Positions 28,588 through 37,411 of a DNA stretch of 64,000 bases are shown piece by piece. The notes under the pieces are model-generated. The model was not told the DNA's origin, ran no database searches, and worked only from the letters and a program-made list of their open reading frames with translations. The position numbers and the translations under genes were made by a program. Source of the stretch: Myxococcales bacterium (GTDB taxonomy: Bacteria; Myxococcota_A; Polyangia; Polyangiales; Houyiibacteriaceae); NCBI GenBank assembly GCA_029863605.1, contig JAOTVB010000007.1, forward strand, positions 51,080-115,079. Reading direction: 5' to 3'. How positions within the stretch are numbered: the first letter of the stretch is position 1; each line of letters begins with the position of its first letter.

Positions 28588-29624
28588 CGCGGCTCCCAGC
28601 GGTAGTGGGCCACGAACCACTCGGTGCCGCCACGGTAGGCGAAGAGCTCCGAGCACGCGATGAAAAAGAGGCGCCAACGGTGAAACCAGCGCACGCCTTC
28701 TCCTCCATAGCCATCGGCGAGGATACGCAAGGCCGATTCCCTGCTTCGGTCCAGTCTTTCGAGCCACGCGCTACACGTCTTCTGGTAATGCTTCCCATCG
28801 ACGCGCCACTGCTCGCGCACGAGGAGATGGTCCTGGTGGTGGTGGAACAGCGACTCGGACGGCATCATGCCGCCGGTGAAGAAGTTCCTCGCCATCCAGT
28901 CGCTCGTGTCCTCGATTTCATAGGTGTAGGCGTGCGACCGGTGGCAGAAGATGTGGGCAAACGCCGATCCGCCGGGCGCCAACCACCTGGCGATGCGTTC
29001 GAATAGCGCACGATGATTGCGCACGTGCTCCATCATCTCGATGGACACCACGCGGTCGAAGAGCTTGCTGGGGTCGAAGTCGTTGATGTCGGCCGTCTGC
29101 GCGCAAACGTTCCGGAGCCCCCGCTCGGCGGCCCGCTCTTCGATGAACTCGCGCTGAAACGGAGAATTGGAAACGGCTAGGATACTAGCGTTTGGAAACC
29201 GCTCCGCAGCCCATAGCGAAAACGATCCCCATCCGCAGCCAAGGTCGAGAACACGCATCCCGTCCTCGATGCGAGCCCGCGACGCGGTCAGTTCCAACAT
29301 CGCCTCTTCCGCCGCCGCGAGATCGCGCGTGTCGGCGTCCCAGTAACAACAGCTATATTTCAGTCGCGGCCCGAGCACGAGCTCGAAAAACGGCGCGGGC
29401 ACCTCGTAGTGCTGCTCGTTCGCCGCGTCCGGAGAGATCGCGATCGGCCCGGCGGCGAGTCGCTTGACGAGATCAGTTTCCTGTTGTGTTCGGATCTCCA
29501 AGTCGCCCCACACGCTCTCCCGTAAGCGCCGTCTCAACAGATGCCGGGTGCCCCACCTGAGCAGCCCGTCCGGAAAGACACCGGCCTCCGCCATGCGCAA
29601 CACGAGCCCCAGCGGAAGGTACAT
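28584..29624 (-). CDS. SAM-dependent methyltransferase, cyclopropane-fatty-acyl synthase/CMAS family
   Basis: ANEQHYEVP, LKYSCCYW, LDLGCGWGS, SIEMMEH and FFTGGMMPS. Confidence 0.9.
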   Translation of the reverse strand: MYLPLGLVLRMAEAGVFPDGLLRWGTRHLLRRRLRESVWGDLEIRTQQETDLVKRLAAGPIAISPDAANEQHYEVPAPFFELVLGPRLKYSCCYWDADTRDLAAAEEAMLELTASRARIEDGMRVLDLGCGWGSFSLWAAERFPNASILAVSNSPFQREFIEERAAERGLRNVCAQTADINDFDPSKLFDRVVSIEMMEHVRNHRALFERIARWLAPGGSAFAHIFCHRSHAYTYEIEDTSDWMARNFFTGGMMPSESLFHHHQDHLLVREQWRVDGKHYQKTCSAWLERLDRSRESALRILADGYGGEGVRWFHRWRLFFIACSELFAYRGGTEWFVAHYRWEPR

Positions 29625-29649
29625 CAAGGCCACCTGAGGCCGACGAAGC

Positions 29650-31209
29650 TCAATGTACAGGGGCTCCAACGCCGTCGCTCAAGGCAATCATCGGGCCGGT
29701 CGCTCCTTCTATCGTAAGCGTGATGCCGTCGCTCTTGGCATGGGTAGCAAAGTCCTGGATGACCTCGCCGACATCGTGATCGAGAATTCGGGTGCCCTTC
29801 ATGTCGATGGTGACGGTGCAGCCCGGGGGCAAGTCTCGGAGAATGCGCTTGAGCGCCGCCTTGTTGAGGAAGGTCATATGCTCGGTCAGACGAATCGAGA
29901 AGCAGCCCTTCGCGGTCTCCTCTCGGTAGAAATCGAGCTGATAGTTGTAGACCAGGATCTCGAAGAAGGCGACGACCATCCCCAGCATGACCCCCTTCAA
30001 GAGATCGGTGAAGACCAGCGCAACGATTGTGACGATGAAAGGCAGGAACTGCCACAACCCTTCCTTCCACATCGACTGGAAGAGGGGGATTCTGGCGAGC
30101 CTATAGCCAATCACCAAGAGGATCGCGGCGAGGCTGGCGAGCGGAATGTCATTCAACAAGCCCGGAATCGCCGCAACACACACCAGCAGCAAGACGCCGT
30201 GAAGGAAGGAAGCGAAGCGCGTCTTTCCTCCGGAGTCCACGTTGGCCGAGCTTCGAATGATGACCTGCGTGAGCGGGATACCGCCGCAAAGCCCGGAAAC
30301 GATGTTGCCGATCCCCTGCGCCTTCAGCTCCTTGTTAGTCGGAGTGACGCGCTTTTCAGGATCGAGGTTGTCGGTGGCCTCGACCGAGAGAAGCGTCTCG
30401 ATGCTGGCGATCAATGCAAGGGCGAGACCCGTCAGATACACCTCGGGATTCGTGATCTGTGAGAAGTCGGGCCGGATGAAGTGCGACAGAAACTCCCCGA
30501 CCGAGGAAGACACTGGAACCGCAACGAGGTGCTCCGGGGAAATGGCGAGGCCGGGCGCAAACGCGGTGAAGGCGCGGTTGAGGGCGATGCCGAGCAGAAC
30601 GACGAGAAGCGGAGCCGGCAGAGCCGTCGCGATGCCGCGCGCTTTGAGGCTCGGACTCTGCCATAGAAGCAGAATGGTCAACGAGGCCACCGTGACGATG
30701 ATGGCGCCCGGGCTCAGCGCCGAAAGGGCGTAGCCGATTTCACTGAACGTGTTGCGGCCGTCGAGCTGAAAGAACGAGAGCTCGCCCTCCCAGGATTGGT
30801 CATACCCGAGCGCGTGAGGGATCTGTTTGAGGATTAGAATAATCCCGATGCCCGCCAACATCCCTTTGATGACACTCGACGGAAAGTAGTGAGCGATGAC
30901 GCCTGCCTTCAGAAAGGCAGCGACGATCTGTACCACCCCGCAGACGATGACGGCCAAGAGATAAGCTTCGAGACCCAGGCTCTCGATTCCGGCAGCCACC
31001 ATGACGGCCAACCCGGCCGCGGGCCCGCTCACCCCGTGCCGCGAGCGACTGAACACGGTGACAACGATGCCACCCGAAATCCCCGCAATCAGCCCGCTGA
31101 AGAGGGGCGCACCCGAAGCGAGGGCGATCCCGAGACAGAGGGGTAGAGCCACCAGAAATACTACGACGCCTGCCCGCAGGTCGTCTGCCAAGTACCGTCG
31201 ATCGTACAT
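29650..31209 (-). CDS. SulP (SLC26) inorganic anion transporter
   Basis: VFLVALPLCLGIALASGAP, VSGPAAGL, ETLLS, TQVIIRSSAN and a short STAS-like tail (FLNKA). Confidence 0.93.
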   Translation of the reverse strand: MYDRRYLADDLRAGVVVFLVALPLCLGIALASGAPLFSGLIAGISGGIVVTVFSRSRHGVSGPAAGLAVMVAAGIESLGLEAYLLAVIVCGVVQIVAAFLKAGVIAHYFPSSVIKGMLAGIGIILILKQIPHALGYDQSWEGELSFFQLDGRNTFSEIGYALSALSPGAIIVTVASLTILLLWQSPSLKARGIATALPAPLLVVLLGIALNRAFTAFAPGLAISPEHLVAVPVSSSVGEFLSHFIRPDFSQITNPEVYLTGLALALIASIETLLSVEATDNLDPEKRVTPTNKELKAQGIGNIVSGLCGGIPLTQVIIRSSANVDSGGKTRFASFLHGVLLLVCVAAIPGLLNDIPLASLAAILLVIGYRLARIPLFQSMWKEGLWQFLPFIVTIVALVFTDLLKGVMLGMVVAFFEILVYNYQLDFYREETAKGCFSIRLTEHMTFLNKAALKRILRDLPPGCTVTIDMKGTRILDHDVGEVIQDFATHAKSDGITLTIEGATGPMIALSDGVGAPVH

Positions 31210-31311
31210 AGTGCGCAGGTTTATGGGGCAACGGAGGCCAACCGCCAGCCGAAATAGCAGGAATCGGCCACGCCTTCTTGCCACAGCCGGGTTGTGACGG
31301 CGGCGTCGCCG

Positions 31312-31827
31312 CTAGAGCCGAAGCTTCACTTTGATCGTCTTCGGATCGCCTGTATACGCAAACGAGGCCGCCTCGTACTTGGGGGGTCCAAACCGCTCGG
31401 GCGGGACGTTATTGGAGACGCCCCACCATTCCTTGGGGCGGCCCACCATGCTTGTCTTGAGCTCTCCATCTTTATCGGAATCGTGCATGACGGAAACCGC
31501 ATACTTCCCCGGTTTCACCCCCGTGAACACGCAGGTCGCCTTTCCCGCTTTCGATTTCACGAAGATGCTGACGTCGGCCTTGTCGGCCTTGGAGGGAAAT
31601 CCATCGTTTTTCGAGAACAAGGAACAGCCGATCTGTCCCTTGTCGTTCTGAATGTTCGAGATGTCGACGGTCAGGGTGCCTTTGTCCTTCGCCGTCTCCG
31701 CATCGGCCGCCGCGGAGGCAGCCAAACCAAACGCGGTGACCGCAAGGATATACAAGTGAAGTGGTTTGCGTTTCGGCTGGGTCGCCGAGGGATGAAATAC
31801 GCTGTCTCTCGCACCACAAGGCATCAT
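31312..31827 (-). CDS. DUF2141 family secreted protein
   Basis: Signal-like segment; GQIGCSLF, PGKYAVSVMHD, GRPKE..GVSNN and FGPP. True start may be downstream (TTG 31755). Confidence 0.85.
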   Translation of the reverse strand: MMPCGARDSVFHPSATQPKRKPLHLYILAVTAFGLAASAAADAETAKDKGTLTVDISNIQNDKGQIGCSLFSKNDGFPSKADKADVSIFVKSKAGKATCVFTGVKPGKYAVSVMHDSDKDGELKTSMVGRPKEWWGVSNNVPPERFGPPKYEAASFAYTGDPKTIKVKLRL

Positions 31828-31899
31828 TTTGCGGGGATTAGGTTAGCACAAGAGCATCTAGGGGTGCCGTTCGAATCGCTCAGCCCTAGATACCCCGCG

Positions 31900-33408
31900 A
31901 TGCGAAAACCCGACGTCGTCGTCATCGGGGCGGGCTTTGGTGGGCTCGCCGCAGCGTTGAGGCTCGCGGAGCTCGGCGCCAACGTCGTCCTTTGCGAAAC
32001 GCTTCGCTACCCGGGTGGCTGCGCGAGCACGTTCACGCGACGCGGCTATCAATTTGAGGCCGGAGCAACCTTGTTTTCGGGGCTTGGCGATGGGCAGCTG
32101 TTTTCGAAATGGAACGAGAAATGGGATCTGGGAGTTCGCTTCGATCCGCTCGACCCACTGGTCGAGCTTCGCACGAGGCAATGGTCTCTCGCTGTCCCGT
32201 CGGACCGAGACTCGTTCGTTCAACGATTCAGCGCCCTACCCGGCGCCGATCCCAAAGCAGTACTCGGCTTCTTCGGTACGCAACGACGCGTGGCGGACGC
32301 TCTCTGGACGCTTTTCGAAGATCCGAGCCTCCTTCCGCCGTTCAGCGGTAGCTCGGTCGTTCGTCATCTCGGCCGGTCGCTTTCGTACGTGCCGGTCGTG
32401 CGGTGGATGGGACGGCCTCTTTCCGATGTGGCGTCGCAACACGGTCTTGCCGGGTGGGAACCGCTCCGGGTATACCTCGATGCGGTGAGTCAGATCACCG
32501 TGCAGGTCAGCTCCGACGAAGCCGAGGCGCCTTTTGCCATGGCGGCCCTCGATTACTTCTTTCGGGGCACCGGCCATGTGCATGGAGGTATCGGGAGTCT
32601 CGCTTGGGCTATGACCAAGGCGATTGAGCAGGCCGGTGGTAAGATCCTGCTCGCCAACCGTGTTCGCGGAATCCGCCGCGAGGCTGGTCGATGGCGTGTG
32701 GATACTCGAAAAGGGGAGCTCGAGGCGCAAACTGTGGTGGCAAACGTACTGCCGCAGTCGCTGTCGAGCATGACGGAGCCCCAGATGAACGGCGAGCTCC
32801 ATGATGTCGAAGCATCGGTCGAGTCGGGCTGGGGCGCCGCGATGCTGTACATGGTGGTCGACTCCGATGCGGTACGAGGACCGGAGGCCCATCACTTGCA
32901 GCTCGTCGACGACGAAACCGCTCCATTTGTCGAGGGAAATCACGTGTTCTGCTCGATCAGCGCGGCCGACGAGCACGAACGCGCTCCCGACGGACAGCGA
33001 ACGGTGACGGTGTCGACACACGTTCCGATGAAGAAGCTACGTCAGATGAAGCCCGACAATCAGGGAGCGTACGTCGCAGCCACGCAGAGCCGAATGCGAC
33101 AGACCATCGGTCGTCGGGCGCCCGAGCTTCTCGAGCATGCGGCCTTTGAAATGACCGCGAGCCCTCGCACCTTCGCCCGATTCACAGGGCGCCATTTGGG
33201 ATACGTGGGAGGGGTGCCGAGACGCGTCGGGTGGAACCACTATCGTCCTCGGGCGCTATGGCCGCGCGAGGCCATGCGTGATCTCTATTTGGTCGGTGAC
33301 TCCGTCCTGCTCGGGCAAAGCACGCTGGCAGTAGCGCTCGGGGGCGTCCGCACTGCCGAGCAGATCGCCTCGCGCAACACCTTCTCAGCAGAGGCTCCGG
33401 GGTCGTGA
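31900..33408 (+). CDS. CrtD/CrtH-like carotenoid FAD oxidoreductase (phytoene desaturase superfamily)
   Basis: GAGFGGL, PGGCASTFTRRGYQFEAGAT, TASPRTFARFTGR..GYVGG and LVGDS. Start at ATG 31900. Confidence 0.8.
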   Translation: MRKPDVVVIGAGFGGLAAALRLAELGANVVLCETLRYPGGCASTFTRRGYQFEAGATLFSGLGDGQLFSKWNEKWDLGVRFDPLDPLVELRTRQWSLAVPSDRDSFVQRFSALPGADPKAVLGFFGTQRRVADALWTLFEDPSLLPPFSGSSVVRHLGRSLSYVPVVRWMGRPLSDVASQHGLAGWEPLRVYLDAVSQITVQVSSDEAEAPFAMAALDYFFRGTGHVHGGIGSLAWAMTKAIEQAGGKILLANRVRGIRREAGRWRVDTRKGELEAQTVVANVLPQSLSSMTEPQMNGELHDVEASVESGWGAAMLYMVVDSDAVRGPEAHHLQLVDDETAPFVEGNHVFCSISAADEHERAPDGQRTVTVSTHVPMKKLRQMKPDNQGAYVAATQSRMRQTIGRRAPELLEHAAFEMTASPRTFARFTGRHLGYVGGVPRRVGWNHYRPRALWPREAMRDLYLVGDSVLLGQSTLAVALGGVRTAEQIASRNTFSAEAPGS

Positions 33409-34895
33409 TCGCCGCGCCCGCCATCCGTGTTCGTGACCTCAGCGACCAGCCGATTCGGCCTGACGGTGCGCACGTCGTCTATTGGATGGTTGGTTTCCGC
33501 AGGCCGCGCTGGAACTTCGCCCTTCAACACGCGGCCGCACATGCATCCGAGCTCGGGAAGCCGCTCTTGATTCTGGAAGCGCTTCGCGTCGGGTATCCGT
33601 GGGCAAGCGACAGACTGCATCACTTCATCCTCGACGGGATGCGCGCTCACGCCAAGTACTTCGCGAGCAAGAATGCACTTTATTTCCCCTACCTGGAGTC
33701 GGCGGAGGGAGACGGGAGCGGGTTGCTCGCAGCGCTCGTCAAAGACGCATGTGTCGTCGTGAGCGACGACTATCCAACGTTTTTCATTCCGAAGATGCAA
33801 GACGCAGCAGCCTCTCGGATCGACGTGCGGTTCGAGGTCGTCGACAGCAATGGTCTTCTTCCGATGAGGGCAAGCGACAAGGTCTTCAGCAGAGCATTCG
33901 ACTTCCGTCGCCATCTGCAGCGCGAGCTCCCAAAGCACTTCGATGCCCGGCCGCTCGAAGATCCTCTGAAGGGCCTGTCGAAAGTCTCCAGCAAAAAAAC
34001 CGAGGCGCTCTTCGCTGCATCACGCAAGAAGTGGGGTATTGCTAAGGATGACCTGCTCTCTGGCAAGACCCTAGGGTCGCTCCCGATCGATCACTCCGTG
34101 TCGGCAGTGGACCTCGAGGGCGGCTTCGAGGCTGGCGAACGGCGCGCGCACGAGTTCTTGAGCAGCGGCATCGATCGATATGCGGAAGACCGCAACCACC
34201 CCGACGCCAACGCAGCCAGCGGTCTCTCCCCATGGCTCCATTTTGGCCACGTGTCGACGCACCAGATTTTCGACGAGCTCGCCAAGAACGAAGGTTGGGC
34301 CGAGGACAGTGTGTCGGCGAAGGTCAACGGCGCGCGCGAGGGATGGTGGGGAATGAGCGCCAACGCGGAGGCGTTCCTCGACGAGCTGGTCACGTGGAGG
34401 GAGGTGGGCTTCAACATGTGCGCCCACCGGTCGGACTACGACAAGTACGAGTCGCTGCCCAAGTGGGCACGTGAAACCCTGGAGGTGCATGAAAAGGACG
34501 AACGCCAGCATCTCTATTCGCTCGAGCGGTTCGAGTCGTCGGGAACACACGATCCGATCTGGAACGCTGCACAGACCGAGCTTCGCGAGACTGGACGGCT
34601 CCAGAACTATCTGCGGATGCTCTGGGGGAAGAAGATTCTCGAGTGGTCTGCGACGCCAAGGGAGGCGCTTGCCACGATGGTCGAGCTCAACAACAAGTAC
34701 GCGTTGGATGGTCGGGACCCGAACAGTTACTCTGGCATCTTCTGGGTTCTCGGTCGCTACGACCGCGCCTGGGGGCCCGAGAGGCCCATCTTCGGCAAGA
34801 TCCGGTACATGAGCTCGGATAATACCAAGCGAAAGCTGCGAATGGCCGGGTACCTCAATCGCTTTGGGGGCCAGCCCGATCTCTTTGATAGTTGA
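33405..34895 (+). CDS. Class II CPD photolyase
   Basis: VVYWM, NFALQHA, SGLSPWLHFG, FLDELVTWRE, THDPIWNAAQ, YLRMLWGKK, NNKYALDGRDPNSY and PERPIFGKIRYM. Confidence 0.93.
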   Translation: MIAAPAIRVRDLSDQPIRPDGAHVVYWMVGFRRPRWNFALQHAAAHASELGKPLLILEALRVGYPWASDRLHHFILDGMRAHAKYFASKNALYFPYLESAEGDGSGLLAALVKDACVVVSDDYPTFFIPKMQDAAASRIDVRFEVVDSNGLLPMRASDKVFSRAFDFRRHLQRELPKHFDARPLEDPLKGLSKVSSKKTEALFAASRKKWGIAKDDLLSGKTLGSLPIDHSVSAVDLEGGFEAGERRAHEFLSSGIDRYAEDRNHPDANAASGLSPWLHFGHVSTHQIFDELAKNEGWAEDSVSAKVNGAREGWWGMSANAEAFLDELVTWREVGFNMCAHRSDYDKYESLPKWARETLEVHEKDERQHLYSLERFESSGTHDPIWNAAQTELRETGRLQNYLRMLWGKKILEWSATPREALATMVELNNKYALDGRDPNSYSGIFWVLGRYDRAWGPERPIFGKIRYMSSDNTKRKLRMAGYLNRFGGQPDLFDS

Positions 34896-34901
34896 GCGAC
34901 G

Positions 34902-35789
34902 CTAGCAGCTGAGCGCGGCTTCCACGAGCGCGAGGTCCTGTTGAATCTGTGCTCGACTGTCGGGAGGCACCTTGGCTGCTCTCCCGCCCACGAGGATCCC
35001 CACGCGTTCGGGTAGCGCGCTTTCGATCGCGGCGATCTCTCGTTCGGACTCTTTGGGCTTCAAGTTGGTGATCGACAGCATCAGAAGCTGTGCGTCGGTG
35101 TCGGTCACCGCGTAGGCGATCTCTTTAGCCGGTAGGTTGGGACCTAGGTACAGCACACTCCAGCCGTGCATGGCTGCAAGCATCGCGACCATGAGCGCGC
35201 CAAGCTCGTGTTCTTCCTTGGCTGGCGTTGCAATCACGGCGCGGCGCCTAGCGTCGTTGGTCGGGTAGAGCCGCATCAGCGAAAAGAGTAGGCCGCGCAT
35301 CACCGTCGAGCATGCATGCTCATGGGCGATGCGAAGCTCACCCCGCTCCCATCGGTCGCCGACCTCGACGAGAATCGGAGCGACGACCCCCTTCAAAAAC
35401 TCGGTCGGCTCGTTGCTCAGGGCGGCACGCGACAAGATTTGCTCAGCCTCGTCGGTTCGAAGATGTTCGATGGCCGCAAGGACGCGCTCGCGGACTTCGG
35501 GAAGGTGTCTCGGTGCCAGCTGGCTCGACGCGATCGGGAAAGCGGCGGCCATGTGTCGGAGGTCGGCGTCGGACAGCCTTGCAATCCCGCCTATCGAATG
35601 GCCACTCTCGACCAACTTGTGCAGAAGCCGAAGCCTGTCGACGTCGGCGTCCGTATAGAGACGACCTCCCGCCTCGGTGCGTTTCGGCAGCACGGCGGCG
35701 TAGCGCTTTTCCCACATGCGGAGCGTATGCGTCGACAGTCCCGTCATCTTCGAAACCATTCCGACCCGATATTTCGCCTCATCCGCCAT
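34902..35789 (-). CDS. carH: MerR-family adenosylcobalamin-binding photoreceptor repressor (CarH/LitR)
   Basis: MerR HTH (TLRMWEKRY, GGRLY); W-x9-EH (WERGELRIAHEH); ExHxxG (EEHELG); YLGPNLP; VGG. Confidence 0.9.
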   Translation of the reverse strand: MADEAKYRVGMVSKMTGLSTHTLRMWEKRYAAVLPKRTEAGGRLYTDADVDRLRLLHKLVESGHSIGGIARLSDADLRHMAAAFPIASSQLAPRHLPEVRERVLAAIEHLRTDEAEQILSRAALSNEPTEFLKGVVAPILVEVGDRWERGELRIAHEHACSTVMRGLLFSLMRLYPTNDARRRAVIATPAKEEHELGALMVAMLAAMHGWSVLYLGPNLPAKEIAYAVTDTDAQLLMLSITNLKPKESEREIAAIESALPERVGILVGGRAAKVPPDSRAQIQQDLALVEAALSC

Positions 35790-35817
35790 CTTCGTCTTTC
35801 GAATTTCCGAGAATTCC

Positions 35818-35845
35818 GGTGTAAAAAATGTCTAAGAGTTGTCTA
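35818..35845 (-). promoter_or_regulatory. Putative CarH autoregulatory operator
   Basis: Minus strand TAGACA-actct-TAGACA-ttttt-TACACC at 11-bp period, 29-56 nt upstream of carH. Confidence 0.75.
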
Positions 35846-35900
35846 TACCTAGTGATCTTGTCGATCAAGCAGTGGGCCAAGAAAATCAGAAGCCGCCTGC

Positions 35901-35959
35901 TTGACACCCCTCCCGGTGTGCCGTAGAAACCTCGACAAGACCTAGACATAACTTAGACG
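35901..35959 (+). promoter_or_regulatory. Promoter plus putative CarH operator of the DUF4397 lipoprotein gene
   Basis: TTGACA 35901-N17-TAGAAA; repeats TCGACA 35932, TAGACA 35943, TAGACG 35954. The 15-mer GACAAGACCTAGACA is identical to one in the crt operator. Confidence 0.78.
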
Positions 35960-35973
35960 GGTCGGAGGGAGAA

Positions 35974-36804
35974 ATGATGAGCAAAGCAACATTTGGTTTA
36001 GCAATCGTGGCGGCGCTTGGAATCGGCGTGATCGGTTGTGGGGATGATGACCAGTCCGGAACCGGAGGTACGGGTGGAACCGGCGCGACCGGGGGAAGCG
36101 GTGGTGCCGGCGGCGCTGGCGGCGGCGAGATGGCGATGGTTCGCGTGGCCCATTTGGCGCCCGAGGTCCCATCGGCAGACAACACCGGCGTCGATATTCT
36201 GGTCGATGGAGCTGCCTCGGGAATCGAGAATCTGCAATTCGGGAACAGCACAGGCTATGTCAGCCTGCCTGCCGGCGACTACGTTTTTGGCGTGGCGGCC
36301 GCGGGGACCACCACTTCTCTTCTCGACGTGCCCGCGACCTTACCGGCCGGCGGCATATTCACCGTCGTCGCATATCGGGATAGCGCGGCCGCTGTTCCGG
36401 TCAACGTCCTACTCTTCGACGAAGATCCAACCGGGCTCGCGTCTGGTAGTGGTCGTGTTCTCGTAGGCCATGGCGCCGACGCAGAAGCGGTCGATCCCGT
36501 CGACATCGTGACCGACGCTAGCGCTGTCGTCGTCGACGAGCTTGCATTCGGGGCAACCGCGGGTCCGCTCGACCTTGCGGAAGGCACGGTCAACATCGGC
36601 TTTGACGTCGATACCGCAGCAGCCGGCGGAGGCACCGATGCCAATGACGATCTCGACGTGGGGCCGCTCGCAGCTCCAGTGACAGCCGACGTCGTGACGC
36701 TTCTCGTTGCCGTCGACACCGATACGAGCGCGGAGCTGGTACCTGCGATTTACGCGCTGTTGCCGACGACTGAAGGGGCAATCACAACTCTTTCGGCTCC
36801 GTAG
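35974..36804 (+). CDS. DUF4397-domain lipoprotein with Gly-rich tether
   Basis: RBS GGAGGGAG; lipobox VIGC; GGTGG repeats; VRVAHLAPEVP..VDILVDG and TGYVSLPAGDY. Confidence 0.82.
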   Translation: MMSKATFGLAIVAALGIGVIGCGDDDQSGTGGTGGTGATGGSGGAGGAGGGEMAMVRVAHLAPEVPSADNTGVDILVDGAASGIENLQFGNSTGYVSLPAGDYVFGVAAAGTTTSLLDVPATLPAGGIFTVVAYRDSAAAVPVNVLLFDEDPTGLASGSGRVLVGHGADAEAVDPVDIVTDASAVVVDELAFGATAGPLDLAEGTVNIGFDVDTAAAGGGTDANDDLDVGPLAAPVTADVVTLLVAVDTDTSAELVPAIYALLPTTEGAITTLSAP

Positions 36805-36839
36805 TCTATTCCAAACACTGCCACATTGCGTAAACGTGT

Positions 36840-36874
36840 GGGGCCGTCCATTCCAAGTGGGCGGCCTCGTTTTC
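36840..36874 (+). terminator. Probable intrinsic terminator between convergent genes
   Basis: GGGGCCGTCCATT-CCA-AGTGGGCGGCCTC stem (with G-U pairs) followed by GTTTTC. Confidence 0.6.
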
Positions 36875-37411
36875 TTATTGGAAGAAGGCAGGCCACACGA
36901 ACGCGTCGAGGAATGCGGTCTGTAGCGCAAAGAACAGAAGGGCCAACACGAGAATCACGGCAGCCCACCCGGTGGGCCGTGGGCTGAGATTGAAAAGCGA
37001 AACGATCAAACCTATCGCGCCAATGCCTACGATGAACAGGTCTGCGCGGATCAGCACCCAAAGCGCTGTCGAGGGCTGATCCAGATACGCGAACGTCAGC
37101 GGCATCCACAGAGCAGACGCGAAGACTATTGCCGCGCAGCATGCGTTCACGATGCCGAACCCGAAACGCTGCCCCACCGAGGCATCCTCGGTATCCACTC
37201 GAAAAAACACATAATACATGAACACAAGATAGCCCGCCGCTGCGAGCCACATCGTCACACCGTAGATGCCCTTGAGTGGATCGGGCATGCTGCCCCAAAG
37301 CATCTCGCGCGTGTCTGGATGCGTAATCAGCCCGTGCGTGTAGCTACCGAGCACCGCGATGCCGCCCACCACATTGATCGCGAGCCATTTCTTCTTTTGA
37401 GGATGCATCAT
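36875..37411 (-). CDS. Hypothetical five-TM membrane protein
   Basis: Hydrophobic helices; ATGA overlap with the acyltransferase stop. Confidence 0.75.
   Translation of the reverse strand: MMHPQKKKWLAINVVGGIAVLGSYTHGLITHPDTREMLWGSMPDPLKGIYGVTMWLAAAGYLVFMYYVFFRVDTEDASVGQRFGFGIVNACCAAIVFASALWMPLTFAYLDQPSTALWVLIRADLFIVGIGAIGLIVSLFNLSPRPTGWAAVILVLALLFFALQTAFLDAFVWPAFFQ

Noticed and set aside
31294-31899. Apparent 200-aa N-terminal extension making a 704-aa desaturase
   Set aside because: It is the antisense frame of the DUF2141 gene; the Rossmann motif begins right after ATG 31900.
36055-36130. GGTGG-type low-complexity repeat (and the Ala/Glu repeat at 43340-43430)
   Set aside because: Coding linkers of lipoproteins; no repeat-spacer structure, so not CRISPR or a VNTR.
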